Shown here one piece after another: positions 20,164 to 30,183 of a DNA stretch of 64,000 nt. This DNA is from an uncultured delta proteobacterium. Its GTDB lineage: Bacteria > Desulfobacterota > BSN033 > UBA1163. Each line of letters starts with the position of its first letter. Within the stretch, counting starts at the first letter, position 1. The position numbers and the translations under genes are program-made. The DNA is taken from contig CAWHBU010000002.1 of assembly GCA_963827685.1 (NCBI GenBank), positions 384,001-448,000 of the forward strand, given 5' to 3'. The notes beneath the pieces were generated by a model, which saw only the letters and a program-made list of their open reading frames with translations, was not told the DNA's origin and made no database searches.

Positions 20164-20673
20164 CTAAGTCTTGACCAGCTGAGAGGGGTCGAACTTACTC
20201 CTTTCAATCGCACTGACTGTATCAATGACGACGTTTCCAGCCACAATTTGAAGTTTGTAAAGATCTAATGGGCGTGGAGGAGGGCCGGCAACCACTTCTC
20301 CGAATTGATTGAATTTAGCTCCGTGGCAAGGACATTCGAATTCCTTAATGACCGCGTTCCAGTTGACGATGCAGTGGAGATGGGTGCAGACAGAGGAAAT
20401 GGCTAAGAATCCTCCTTCCGTTCTGACGATAAAGGTTCTTTCCTTACGAAAGGGAATGACCTCGCCCACTTTAAAATCGGTCACTTTACCGCCGATGAAA
20501 ACGGTTTCAATCTTTCCTCCCTTTCGCCTCGGCCAGAGAAAGGCAAAGGTGCCGCCAATCAATTCACCGATCACAACAGCCGCCGCGACAATCCAGGCAT
20601 AGGCAATAAATCTTCTCCGCGAGATAGGTTTTTTGTCAGCCTGTGAACCGGGGTCCTTTTTCTCTTTCATCAT
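20164..20673 (-). CDS. Rieske iron-sulfur protein of a Rieske/cytochrome b complex
   Basis: Twin-arginine SRRRFI, CTHLHC and CPCHG boxes, GPPPRPL. Confidence 0.92.
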   Translation of the reverse strand: MMKEKKDPGSQADKKPISRRRFIAYAWIVAAAVVIGELIGGTFAFLWPRRKGGKIETVFIGGKVTDFKVGEVIPFRKERTFIVRTEGGFLAISSVCTHLHCIVNWNAVIKEFECPCHGAKFNQFGEVVAGPPPRPLDLYKLQIVAGNVVIDTVSAIERSKFDPSQLVKT

Positions 20674-21218
20674 TTCCATGGCAGAACAAAACTCCAATTT
20701 GGTCCTCTAAAGAGGGACCCGATCATTGTGAAGATGAGAGCTCCGAAAATGAATAGGGTGAATAAAGTAATCAATATTCTCCTTTTCTCACCGCCGATAA
20801 AGATTCGATTAAAAAGGGACGTCAGTCTGTTTTTCGGCTTCCTATCGATATAGGGGATCAAGAAAAGCCATATGAAGATAAGGAGAGGAAGGATGATTGC
20901 AGGAATCACAGGTTTATTCGTGTAATGGATTAACTCCTGAATCCCCGTAAAATACCAGGGTGCTTTGCCGGGATTGGGGGTGACAAGAGGGTTCGCGAGA
21001 TCTTCTAAGGGGGCATCGAAGAAAAGGGAGATCAGTAAAAGGGCGAAGGTGACGGCTAAAGAGCAGATCGTTAGAAGAATGATGTAGTGCGGAAAGGTCT
21101 CCACTGTGTCTTCCGGAGCCTTCTCCAGCATCGGTGAAGTTCCTTCCACAATCTCCATGAGACCGTAGGTCTTATTGGGATCCTTGATGAACACCTTATC
21201 ATCATCTTTTGTGATCAT
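20670..21218 (-). CDS. Cytochrome b subunit IV (PetD/QcrC-like)
   Basis: APLEDLANP..TPNPGKAPWYF (PEWY-equivalent), three TM helices. Confidence 0.85.
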   Translation of the reverse strand: MITKDDDKVFIKDPNKTYGLMEIVEGTSPMLEKAPEDTVETFPHYIILLTICSLAVTFALLLISLFFDAPLEDLANPLVTPNPGKAPWYFTGIQELIHYTNKPVIPAIILPLLIFIWLFLIPYIDRKPKNRLTSLFNRIFIGGEKRRILITLFTLFIFGALIFTMIGSLFRGPNWSFVLPWK

Positions 21219-21239
21219 GATTGCCTCATTTATTAATAA

Positions 21240-21308
21240 GTTCGGAGTAATTAGTTCGGAGTTCGGAGCGCTTAATTTTATTAACTCCGAACTCTGAACT
21301 CCGAACTC
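21240..21308. repeat. Heptamer-periodic palindrome between the cytochrome b genes
   Basis: (AGTTCGG)n arm paired with (CCGAACT)n arm. Confidence 0.75.
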
Positions 21309-21320
21309 AAAAACTCAGTG

Positions 21321-22040
21321 TTAGAGTGGTCCTGATATCCCTCCATCTTTTCTCACCCTCCAGAAATGGACGACCATCAGGACGCCGATTATAAGAGGAA
21401 GCTCAACACAGTGCACTACATAAAAACGAAGCAAGGCTTCATGGCCTACCTCATCCGCTCCAAGAAGAAAGAAACGAACATAATTTCCGATGAAAGGAGT
21501 ATAGCTCATGATGGTCGTCCCTACTGTAATTCCCCAATAAGCAAGTTGATCCCATGGGAGAAGATATCCTGTGTAACTTAGAGCCAGGGTGAGGATGAGA
21601 AGGCCAATTCCGATCACCCAATTAAACTCCCGAGGAGGCCTGTATGACCGTGTGTAGAATACCCTCACCATGTGGAGGAAGACTGTCACCACCATTCCAT
21701 GAGCGGACCATCGATGCAAATTTCTTAAAATCTTGCCGTTGAAAATAAGGGCCAATGCCTGCATATCGAAGTAGGCCCTTTCAATAGAAGGCGTATAATG
21801 AAACATCAGAAGTATGCCAGTGACCGTGAGGATGATGAAGAGGAGACAGGAGATCCCTCCCAGGCAGAATGTATAAGAGAAACGGAGGCCGTGACGTTTT
21901 ATCTTGGCCGGGAAGATATGGAGGAAAAAGTTGTTATAGATCAACAGGGAACGCTTCAGATCGGTATCCGGCATCCCAGTTCTGAAGATCGAACGCCATA
22001 CTGCCGAATCTGAAATGCGTTGTAAAATCCCTCTCTTCAT
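21321..22040 (-). CDS. Cytochrome b6-type subunit (split cytochrome b, N-terminal part)
   Basis: FCLGG (heme ci cysteine position), [38 protein letters not shown]. Confidence 0.92.
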   Translation of the reverse strand: MKRGILQRISDSAVWRSIFRTGMPDTDLKRSLLIYNNFFLHIFPAKIKRHGLRFSYTFCLGGISCLLFIILTVTGILLMFHYTPSIERAYFDMQALALIFNGKILRNLHRWSAHGMVVTVFLHMVRVFYTRSYRPPREFNWVIGIGLLILTLALSYTGYLLPWDQLAYWGITVGTTIMSYTPFIGNYVRFFLLGADEVGHEALLRFYVVHCVELPLIIGVLMVVHFWRVRKDGGISGPL

Positions 22041-23800
22041 CCTTGTTCACCTCTGTAAAGGGTTGATTCACGATGGTACTCTTCCATCGTGATGGTTCCG
22101 GTAGGACATCGTTTAACACAGAGGCCACATTGGATGCAGCGCGATTCATCTTTGAAGATGACAGAGGCCAAGTTGAGTTTTTGAGCATCTTCTAAGGAAA
22201 CTTTGCAAAGAGATTCAACCAAATTTGAGAGCTTTTCGTCTCCCTCTATTTCATCGAGTCTTGCCATCCGAAAACAGGATTTTGGACAGATATCGACACA
22301 GCCGCCGCACAGAATACATTTTGTCCGATCGAAGATGGTGAAGATGTGGCACTGGAGACACCGAACAGCCTCCTTTACCGCCACCTCTCTGGAAAAACCC
22401 AATTCTACTTCTCTATCCATGGACCCTCTCTCCCGAGCAGGAAGAGTCTCCATTCTCTGTCGAGGTATCTTCTCCAGGTCGGGGTCGATTTGGACCTCCC
22501 GAATCGCGGTAAAGTAAGCGGGCTTCTTTTCGAATACTTCTCCACTCAGATACTTGTGGATCGAGAGACCTGCCTTCCTTCCATCGGCGATCACCCGTAT
22601 CACATCCCTGGGGCCTGTGACAAAGTCTCCTCCAGCGAAGATACCGTGCACATTCGTCTCAAAAGTTTCCGGATTGACGGATAAACGGTCCCACCTGGAA
22701 ATTTCGAAACCGATCTCTTCGGGAAGGAAAGAGATATCCGGCGATTGACTGACCGCCGGTATGAGGAGGTCGATATCGATGTCGAATTCAGTTCCTTCAA
22801 CGGGGATCGGCCTTCGGCGGCCATCCTTTTCGGGGTCACCCAACCGGTTTCGGATACATTGGACCCCTGAGACCCTTGTTCCATCTCTCGAGAGGACCCG
22901 AATCGGTTGGGTGAGATAATGTACTTTGATGCCTTCCTCTTCCACCTCCTCTAATTCCCTGGGATCAACAGGCATCTCCTCTCTGGTCCTACGATAGAGA
23001 ATGAAGACCTCCTTTGCGCCCAATCGAAAAGAAGAACGGGCTGAGTCCATAGCTGTATTTCCCCCTCCGATCACCGCAACCCTTGAGCCAATTTTTGGAT
23101 TCTTGTCGAAATTGACCATTCGCATAAAGGTCACGCCATGGATCACACCTTGAAGATCTTCCCCGGGGATCCCCAATTTCTCAGCCTTATGCGCCCCCGC
23201 AGCGATATAAACGGCATCATACTTCTTTCTCAAACTTTCTAAATTCAGTTCTTTTCCAATGGGGGTCTCAGTGATGATTTCAACTCCCAATTCTCTCACT
23301 TCATCAATTGCTTGCTGCACCACTTCTCTTGGAAGGCGGTAGGGAGGAATTCCAACATTAAGCATCCCGCCCGGAATGGGGAATGACTCATAGATTGTGA
23401 CGGAATAACCGAACCTGGCAAGATCATTGGCGGCTGAAAGCCCGGAGGGTCCGGCACCGATGACCGCGACGTTTTTGTCCCTCTTTTTGATCGCTGTTTC
23501 TTTTTGAGGGACGTGAGTTTCGAAATCCGCAGAAGCCCTCTTCAATGAGCAGATGGAAATGGGAAGGTCGAGCAGGAGGCCTCTTCGGCATTTCTCTTCG
23601 CAGGGGTGGACACAGATACGGCCCAGAATAGCGGGGAAGAGGTTATCGCCCCGGTTAAGCTCAAAGGCCAGATTATAATTCTCTTCTCGGATTGCAGAGA
23701 TGTATTGGGGAGCACGGGTATTCACGGGACAGGCATTTTCGCAGCCGATGTTTTCTTCAAACCAACGTTGATTCGGAATTTGGACATGAAATCGATTCAT
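22037..23800 (-). CDS. NfnB/GltD-like FAD/NAD(P)-dependent oxidoreductase with an extra C-terminal 2x[4Fe-4S] domain
   Basis: CENACP...[60 protein letters not shown]. Confidence 0.88.
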   Translation of the reverse strand: MNRFHVQIPNQRWFEENIGCENACPVNTRAPQYISAIREENYNLAFELNRGDNLFPAILGRICVHPCEEKCRRGLLLDLPISICSLKRASADFETHVPQKETAIKKRDKNVAVIGAGPSGLSAANDLARFGYSVTIYESFPIPGGMLNVGIPPYRLPREVVQQAIDEVRELGVEIITETPIGKELNLESLRKKYDAVYIAAGAHKAEKLGIPGEDLQGVIHGVTFMRMVNFDKNPKIGSRVAVIGGGNTAMDSARSSFRLGAKEVFILYRRTREEMPVDPRELEEVEEEGIKVHYLTQPIRVLSRDGTRVSGVQCIRNRLGDPEKDGRRRPIPVEGTEFDIDIDLLIPAVSQSPDISFLPEEIGFEISRWDRLSVNPETFETNVHGIFAGGDFVTGPRDVIRVIADGRKAGLSIHKYLSGEVFEKKPAYFTAIREVQIDPDLEKIPRQRMETLPARERGSMDREVELGFSREVAVKEAVRCLQCHIFTIFDRTKCILCGGCVDICPKSCFRMARLDEIEGDEKLSNLVESLCKVSLEDAQKLNLASVIFKDESRCIQCGLCVKRCPTGTITMEEYHRESTLYRGEQG

Positions 23801-23918
23801 AAGAGGCCGATTCACGGCTATCCGGGAGATGCAGTGTATCATATGAGGAAAGACTTTGGAAGTAAATACAGAAAATCATGTATTTTTGATGGAGAAATGC
23901 AGTATTTTGAGGATGAAC

Positions 23919-25223
23919 TTAGAATTTTCTGAAGGAACCTTGTTTCCAAGCCTGATCTTCTTCTTCTCTCCTGAAGCTACGTTCAACATAACTGACGTGG
24001 CTGAATGCTCCTGTCTCTATCGGGATAGCCACCTTCATCAGGAGGGTGAAGACGAGGAGACCGACCGCCCAGATTCCAAAGGACACCATGAGTTCCAACA
24101 GGTTCGGAACATAAACGTAGATTTCACCGAGCGGGTCCGGGACAAATCCTGGTATGACGAAACCCGGTCCCTTTTCAATCCAGACCCCTATGATGACGAG
24201 AAGACAGCCCATGTTGAGGGTAGGCAATCGTTTTCGTGCACTGGGAACAAGGAAGAGGAGAAAAGCAATCACGTTCATGGCCATGGCTGCCCATATCCAG
24301 GGGACAAGCTGGTTGTGTCCATGGAGTCCTTCGAATAGGTATTTGAGGGGAGCAATATGGATGGTATTCGAATAATACTCCTTGTATATTTCGGCGGTGA
24401 GAAGAAAAAGGTTGACAAACATCGCATAGGCGATCAGCTCGGCAATCTTGAACAGTGCCCTGTCTTCAATCTTGATGTCTGATATCTTACGGATAATCTG
24501 AAAGATAATGATCATGATGGCCGGACCCGAGCACAAAGCGCTCGCCAAGAACCTCGGTGCGAGAATCGATGCATTCCAAAAAGGACGTGCCGCAAGGCCG
24601 TTGTAAAGGAACGCGGTCACGGTGTGAATGCCCACTGCCCATGGGATGGAGGCCAATATGAATGGAAGGATCAATTTCCAGTTGGGTTCTTTCCGATAGT
24701 AGAATTTGATCAAGAGGTAGATAGGAATAAGAAGATTCAAGAACAGATAGCAGTTGAGAACAAGGACATCCCAGGCCAGAAGCGATTGAGGAAAGTTCAT
24801 CAATCCGACAAAAGGAATCATGTGCCAGAACCGGTCGAGCCTTCCGAGGTCGACCATGACAAAGAGGATGGCCATCACAATGGACGATGCGGCGAAGAGT
24901 TCACCCAGGACGACGATCTCTTTGATCGGTTTGAACGAGTAGATATAGGATGGGATAACCAGCAGGACCGCGGCCGCAGCCATGCCAACCAGGTACGTGA
25001 AGTTGGCAATGTACAGGCCCCACGAAACCTGATCGGTCATATTCGTTTCGATGAGACCGAGTTCATGCTGTTTCAGGTAAAACGACAAACCTATGAATAT
25101 GATCGTCAACAGGAAAAGGCACCAGGCATAGTAGGCTTTGTTCCCTCTCACCACAAGGGACAGCGTCCTTTCGTAAAAATGCCATGTTTCTTTCATTATT
25201 TCCCTGAATTTATCCATTGGCAT
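23919..25223 (-). CDS. NrfD/DsrP-family membrane quinone-interacting subunit
   Basis: VSWGLYIANF, DLGRLDRFWH, SLLAWD, HTVTAFL; about 10 TM helices. Confidence 0.9.
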   Translation of the reverse strand: MPMDKFREIMKETWHFYERTLSLVVRGNKAYYAWCLFLLTIIFIGLSFYLKQHELGLIETNMTDQVSWGLYIANFTYLVGMAAAAVLLVIPSYIYSFKPIKEIVVLGELFAASSIVMAILFVMVDLGRLDRFWHMIPFVGLMNFPQSLLAWDVLVLNCYLFLNLLIPIYLLIKFYYRKEPNWKLILPFILASIPWAVGIHTVTAFLYNGLAARPFWNASILAPRFLASALCSGPAIMIIIFQIIRKISDIKIEDRALFKIAELIAYAMFVNLFLLTAEIYKEYYSNTIHIAPLKYLFEGLHGHNQLVPWIWAAMAMNVIAFLLFLVPSARKRLPTLNMGCLLVIIGVWIEKGPGFVIPGFVPDPLGEIYVYVPNLLELMVSFGIWAVGLLVFTLLMKVAIPIETGAFSHVSYVERSFRREEEDQAWKQGSFRKF

Positions 25224-25225
25224 CT

Positions 25226-26140
25226 CTATGCTTCGAAAAAATAATAGAACTTAGGCTCGGTATTTAAATCTTCCTTGAGCCGGAAGACCCGCTTTCGATC
25301 GATGATATACCTGATTTCGCTGTTAGGGTCGAGAAGATTTCCGAATTTCCTTGTTCCTGTGGGACAGGCTTCCACACAAGCCGGGTATCTTCCATTTCTC
25401 ACCCGCTGGATACAGAAGGTGCACTTGTCAACAGCACACTTCATCCTCGGTCTGTTTCCGAGGTAGTGGACCGAAGTATTCACCTCTTCGGACGGGATGT
25501 TTGGCTCCGCCCAGTTGAAGACTCTCCCTTTGTAGGGACATGCGGCGATACAGTACCTGCAACCGATGCACCAGTTGTAGTCGACAACCACCAATCCATC
25601 CGGCTCCTTCCAGGTGGCATGGACAGGGCATACCTTCACGCAAGGAGGATTCTCACAGTGCTGGCACTGTACGGGCAGATAGACGAACCCTTTCTCCGGG
25701 ACCTGAGGAGGATCGTAGTAATGCTCGGAGTTTTCAAGATTGATCAGATTCCCTCGCTTGAGTCTGAGAACCCTGATCCATTGGAGCTGAGGTTTATAGC
25801 GGGAATTATTGTTTTCTTTTACACACGCGTAGACGCATCGTCTGCAGCCGATGCAACGTGAAAGTTCAAAGCCGTAACCCCACAGGGTATCGGGGAGGGC
25901 TTCCTTTGTGCTGATCTCAAATTTCTTTCCGTATTTTTGCGAATATCTCTCTTCCAGCTTGGCAATGATGCGCTTCTTCTCATCAGGGGTTAATTCGCGA
26001 AAATGCTTTTGCAGAAGATCCTCTGCCTCTTCCTTCGAGCAAGAGGAGAGTATGGGAAGAGAAACACCTGCCAGAGCGGTCAGGGAGAGATTGTGGAGAA
26101 ACTCTCTTCGGGTATAACGTTTATTATTTCGATTTTGCAT
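25226..26140 (-). CDS. Tat-exported 4Fe-4S dicluster protein (NrfC/DsrO-like)
   Basis: TRREFL, CIGCRRCVYAC, CQHCENPPCVKVCP, CIGCRYCIAACP, KCTFC, PACVEACP. Confidence 0.9.
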   Translation of the reverse strand: MQNRNNKRYTRREFLHNLSLTALAGVSLPILSSCSKEEAEDLLQKHFRELTPDEKKRIIAKLEERYSQKYGKKFEISTKEALPDTLWGYGFELSRCIGCRRCVYACVKENNNSRYKPQLQWIRVLRLKRGNLINLENSEHYYDPPQVPEKGFVYLPVQCQHCENPPCVKVCPVHATWKEPDGLVVVDYNWCIGCRYCIAACPYKGRVFNWAEPNIPSEEVNTSVHYLGNRPRMKCAVDKCTFCIQRVRNGRYPACVEACPTGTRKFGNLLDPNSEIRYIIDRKRVFRLKEDLNTEPKFYYFFEA

Positions 26141-26633
26141 CGTGGTTTTTTTCCGGACGATATGGTGGAGGCTCAGGCTTCAACGGTTTAAATTTCGGGT
26201 CATGGGGGTTATGGCAATTGGCGCAGAGATAGTAAACCCTCTTGCCCTGACCGGAAAAGTATCCGACCCGCTTTCCATGAATACCGGCCTTCCAGTCCTT
26301 ATATTGAGGGCCATGACATTCGCCGCACAGCCGATAGCTTTCAGTGAATTTGATTAAATCCCCGTTATAGAGCCTCAGCTTATCTCGATTCTTCGCATCA
26401 TGGCAGTCGAGACACCATCGCATCGTTTCGGCGTGATGGAGCTTGATATCGGTGTGTTCTTCTTTCAGTTCTCTCTTCTTTCGATTCACCTCCAAGGTGG
26501 CATGACAATTGCTGCAAGGAAACATTCCCTCTGTCATTGGAGGAGGAGTATATTCTTCAACGACCGCCGTGGCAGAGGAAGCGAAAAAAAGCAGCAGAAA
26601 CAGTGAAGTAACTGCTGCGTTGGATACTTTCAT
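26124..26633 (-). CDS. Periplasmic tetraheme cytochrome c
   Basis: Signal peptide; CSNCH, CLDCH, CGECH, CANCH. Confidence 0.88.
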   Translation of the reverse strand: MKVSNAAVTSLFLLLFFASSATAVVEEYTPPPMTEGMFPCSNCHATLEVNRKKRELKEEHTDIKLHHAETMRWCLDCHDAKNRDKLRLYNGDLIKFTESYRLCGECHGPQYKDWKAGIHGKRVGYFSGQGKRVYYLCANCHNPHDPKFKPLKPEPPPYRPEKNHDAKSK

Positions 26634-26832
26634 GATCGTTCTGTAGCCTTCCTGCCCAAAAAAGAAATCTCGAAGATGTGCAATTCTATTCTACGAGGCA
26701 CTAAAAATAACAAATAGCATCTCCCGTGACAAATTGCAACCTCTTTTTCGATGGAAATTTCTGGCCGGGTATTCCATTTCTTGTTCCCTCAAGGAACTTG
26801 CAACCGTAAGAGAGGTGTGATAATTTTTGTTT

Positions 26833-27555
26833 ATGCACATCGATATTCAGTTTGTGCCTTCTCCTCCCAATCCTAATCTTCTTACTGATCGAGTCGTTGT
26901 GGTTATCGATGTTCTCAGGGCAACTTCTGTCATGGTGCATGCGATGTCACAAGGAGCTCTTGAGATCATTCCCGTGGCCACAATAGAGGAAGCTTTTCAA
27001 ATAGCTAAGGCTTTTCCACGAAGTTCTATGCTTTTGGGAGGAGAGAGGGAAAGCAAGAAGATCCCGGGATTTGATTTAGGAAATTCTCCCAAAGAGTATG
27101 TCGCAGAAAGAGTGAAAGGGAAGAAATTAGTCCTGACCACGACCAATGGGACAAAAGCGTTTCATTTGGTTTCTTCCGGGAAAGAGATTTTGGTAGGAAG
27201 TTTTTTTAACATTGGAGCCGTAGCACAGAGATGTCTTGAATTGGACAGGGACCTCCTTATTTTTCCTTCGGGGGATGGAGGAAGTTTTTCGCTGGAAGAT
27301 TCTATCTGCGGAGGAATGTTGATCGAACGGATCACAAACAAAGGAAAAAAATCCATTTCTTTGACCGATGCCTCCTACAGTGCTCAAATCCTTTATCAAA
27401 GATTCAAAGATAATTTATTAGAGGCTTTTCACCTCTCACACCACGGAAAAGAGCTGATTAACCATGGCTTCGAGGATGACCTCGTCTATTGCGTTCAGAT
27501 TGATACTACAAACATCGTTCCAGAATTTAAGGCTGGAGTAATCAGGGCTAAGTGA
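26833..27555 (+). CDS. comB: 2-phosphosulfolactate phosphatase family protein
   Basis: VVVIDVLRATS, GER, FDLGNSP, LTTTNGT, SLED. Confidence 0.88.
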   Translation: MHIDIQFVPSPPNPNLLTDRVVVVIDVLRATSVMVHAMSQGALEIIPVATIEEAFQIAKAFPRSSMLLGGERESKKIPGFDLGNSPKEYVAERVKGKKLVLTTTNGTKAFHLVSSGKEILVGSFFNIGAVAQRCLELDRDLLIFPSGDGGSFSLEDSICGGMLIERITNKGKKSISLTDASYSAQILYQRFKDNLLEAFHLSHHGKELINHGFEDDLVYCVQIDTTNIVPEFKAGVIRAK

Positions 27556-27724
27556 TTGCAGAATGGGTCTGCCTGCCGGCAGGCAGAGATTGGGCGATGC
27601 GGAGTATAATAAAGATAATTCGTCATGAGGGCTGCAACACCCACAAGCCACGAAAATAGAACTATTCCCCTCTCCCTTGATGGGGGAGGAAATTTTTTAT
27701 TTTCTCAGCAAAGAGGAGAGAGCG

Positions 27725-28195
27725 ATGCGACGCCGAGATCGGGAATTAGGGAATAAAGAAACCATCCTCGCCATTTTAGAACAGTCTCCGGTAGGAAGGA
27801 TGGCCACCATCAATCGGAAGGGCTTTCCGGTGATCAAGCCTGTCAACTTTCTCTATTGGGACGGAAGGATTTACCTCCACTCCTCAACGAAGGGAGAGAA
27901 GATCAGCGATATCCGTCGAGGAAGTCCCATCTGTTTTGAAGTGGATGAGCCCATTGCCTATGTGGCGGCTGTAAGCCCCGCCTGTAAGAGCACCTATTAC
28001 TATCGAAGCATCATCGTTAAAGGAAATGCTGCCATTGTGAGCCGGCTTGACAAGAAATTAGAAATTCTTGAGAGGCTGATGGAGAAATATCAGCCAGAAG
28101 GCGGCTGTGAAGGAGTAACAGAGGAGATTCTTAAGAGAACAGCGGTGATCGAAATCTCTATTCGTGAAATAACCGGAAAGGAGCATTTGGGATAA
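27725..28195 (+). CDS. Pyridoxamine 5'-phosphate oxidase-like (NimA-type) flavin-binding protein
   Basis: MRRRDRE, YLHS..KGEK, ICFEVD, YRSIIVKG, ITGK. Confidence 0.8.
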   Translation: MRRRDRELGNKETILAILEQSPVGRMATINRKGFPVIKPVNFLYWDGRIYLHSSTKGEKISDIRRGSPICFEVDEPIAYVAAVSPACKSTYYYRSIIVKGNAAIVSRLDKKLEILERLMEKYQPEGGCEGVTEEILKRTAVIEISIREITGKEHLG

Positions 28196-29344
28196 ATGAA
28201 ATCTACTGTCTCCATTGTCAAGTGCAAAAATTATGAGGAAGATAAAGTTTTGAATGCACTTCGGCAGTCCATTGACCTGATTGGAGGGATTCAGACTTTT
28301 GTAAAGAAGGGCAGGCGTGTCCTTCTCAAGCCAAATCTCCTTTTTGGAAAACCTCCAGAAAAGGCTGTGACGACTCATCCCTCTGTCATCAGAGGGATGA
28401 TCCAGATCGTTCGGGAAGCAGGAGGGGTCCCTTTCATTGGAGATAGTCCTTCGGTCGGAAGTTTGACGAGGACGGCTGAGAAAGCTGGCATCAAGGCAGT
28501 GGCCGATGAGATGAAATGCCCTCTTGTGGAATTTAACAGACCTGTTCTCCCTTTGAAAGGAGGAGGGAAAACATTTAAACAATTGGAAGTTGACCAGACT
28601 GTTTTGGAAGCGGATGTGATCATCAATCTTCCTAAATTCAAAACTCATAGCCTGACGCTTCTCACCCTGGGGGTAAAGAACCTCTTCGGGTGTATCCCCG
28701 GACCGAAGAAAGCCTTATGGCATCTTAAGGCAGGAGATGATCGAAAAATCTTTGCCCAAATACTTTTTGATATCTACCATGTGATCCAGCCCTCCCTCTC
28801 CATTTTGGATGGGATTGTGGGGATGGAAGGGAATGGACCGAATAGCGGCCGCCCGATTCCAATAGGATTGATTCTGGCAAGCGGGGATCCCTTGAGTTTG
28901 GATCAGATCGTATGTGACCTGTTGGGGATTTCAAGGGAATCTCTGTTGACGAACCGCGTGGCGCTTGAACAGGGGATGGGAAAAGATCCGATTGAGGTTT
29001 TGGGGGAGAGCGTAGAAGATCTTAAGATTTCTGACTTCCAATTTCCAGCCCTCTCTCAGCCGGATTGGAACTTACCGGGATTTTTGGGAAAGGCGTTGAA
29101 GAACGCTCTGACTTCCAAACCAGTGATTGATGAAGAAGTGTGCAAGGATTGTGATCGATGTGCAGAGATCTGTCCTCCTAAGGCCCTGGCGAGAAAGGGA
29201 GAGGATTTGATTTTCGATTACGGACAATGCATCCGCTGTTTATGTTGCCTCGAGGTCTGCCCAGAAGGAGCCATCTCGATCAAACCAGGATGGGCATTGA
29301 AGATAGTACGCGGTAGGCAGAAGGCAGAAAGCAGAAAAAAGTGA
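28196..29344 (+). CDS. DUF362-domain protein with 2x[4Fe-4S] ferredoxin
   Basis: LLKPNL, TTHP, INLPKFKTH, KNLFG, MEGNGP; two CxxCxxCxxxCP motifs. Confidence 0.88.
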   Translation: MKSTVSIVKCKNYEEDKVLNALRQSIDLIGGIQTFVKKGRRVLLKPNLLFGKPPEKAVTTHPSVIRGMIQIVREAGGVPFIGDSPSVGSLTRTAEKAGIKAVADEMKCPLVEFNRPVLPLKGGGKTFKQLEVDQTVLEADVIINLPKFKTHSLTLLTLGVKNLFGCIPGPKKALWHLKAGDDRKIFAQILFDIYHVIQPSLSILDGIVGMEGNGPNSGRPIPIGLILASGDPLSLDQIVCDLLGISRESLLTNRVALEQGMGKDPIEVLGESVEDLKISDFQFPALSQPDWNLPGFLGKALKNALTSKPVIDEEVCKDCDRCAEICPPKALARKGEDLIFDYGQCIRCLCCLEVCPEGAISIKPGWALKIVRGRQKAESRKK

Positions 29345-29378
29345 TGTAGCGCCCTCATTGATTGAGGGCGGAGAGCTG

Positions 29379-30116
29379 ATGCGCAATATCAAACTTATCA
29401 TTGAATATGACGGAACGAATTATCAGGGATGGCAGATTCAACCCAAGGGTCCGACCATCCAGGGAATCCTCGAACAAAAATTAGGGCTTCTCACAGGCCA
29501 ACCCGTACAATTGTTCGGTTCTGGAAGAACAGATTCGGGGGTTCATGCATTCGGCCAGGTAGCTCACTTCAAGACGCAAAGCCAAATGGATATCCGTACG
29601 ATCCAGAGGGCGCTGAACAGTCTCCTCCCTCCTGACATTGTGATTCAAGAGGTAGAAGAGGTTGATGAAAGTTTTCATGCACGAAAGCATTCGAAAAGCA
29701 AAGTCTATGAGTACCGAATTCTCAACCGAAATCTTCGGTCAGCCTTTCATCGAGGATATGTGTGGTATATCCCTCAAAAATTAAATTTGATCGAGATGAA
29801 GAAAGCGACCCAAGGTTTGATTGGAGAACATGACTTCTCAGCTTTTCGCACAGTGGGCTCTCCAACTCGAACGGCTGTTCGGAGGGTGATCCGGGCGGAA
29901 TGGAAGAGGGGACGTGATGGCCTCATCCGTTTCGAGATCGAAGCCAGTGGTTTTTTGAAACAAATGGTGAGATCAATCGTCGGAACATTAGTCGAGATTG
30001 GAAAAGGCAGGATGAATGCCGCGGATCTTCGAAAGATCTTAAATTCCAAAGACCGAAGAGAGGCAGGCCCCACCGCCCCAGCTCAGGGGCTTTTTCTGAA
30101 AGAAGTGAAATACTAG
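29379..30116 (+). CDS. truA: tRNA pseudouridine(38-40) synthase TruA
   Basis: EYDGTNYQGWQ, SGRTDSGVHA, FHAR, GEHDFSAF, GFLKQMVR, TAPAQGL. Confidence 0.96.
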   Translation: MRNIKLIIEYDGTNYQGWQIQPKGPTIQGILEQKLGLLTGQPVQLFGSGRTDSGVHAFGQVAHFKTQSQMDIRTIQRALNSLLPPDIVIQEVEEVDESFHARKHSKSKVYEYRILNRNLRSAFHRGYVWYIPQKLNLIEMKKATQGLIGEHDFSAFRTVGSPTRTAVRRVIRAEWKRGRDGLIRFEIEASGFLKQMVRSIVGTLVEIGKGRMNAADLRKILNSKDRREAGPTAPAQGLFLKEVKY

Positions 30117-30129
30117 ATTTAGGCATTGA

Positions 30130-30183
30130 GGGATTGCGAATTGAGGAATTAATTAACCTCAATTCCTTAATTCCATAATCCCT
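30130..30183. terminator. Hairpin between convergent genes (possible bidirectional terminator)
   Basis: GGGATTGCGAATTGAGGAATT...AATTCCTTAATTCCATAATCCC. Confidence 0.4.
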
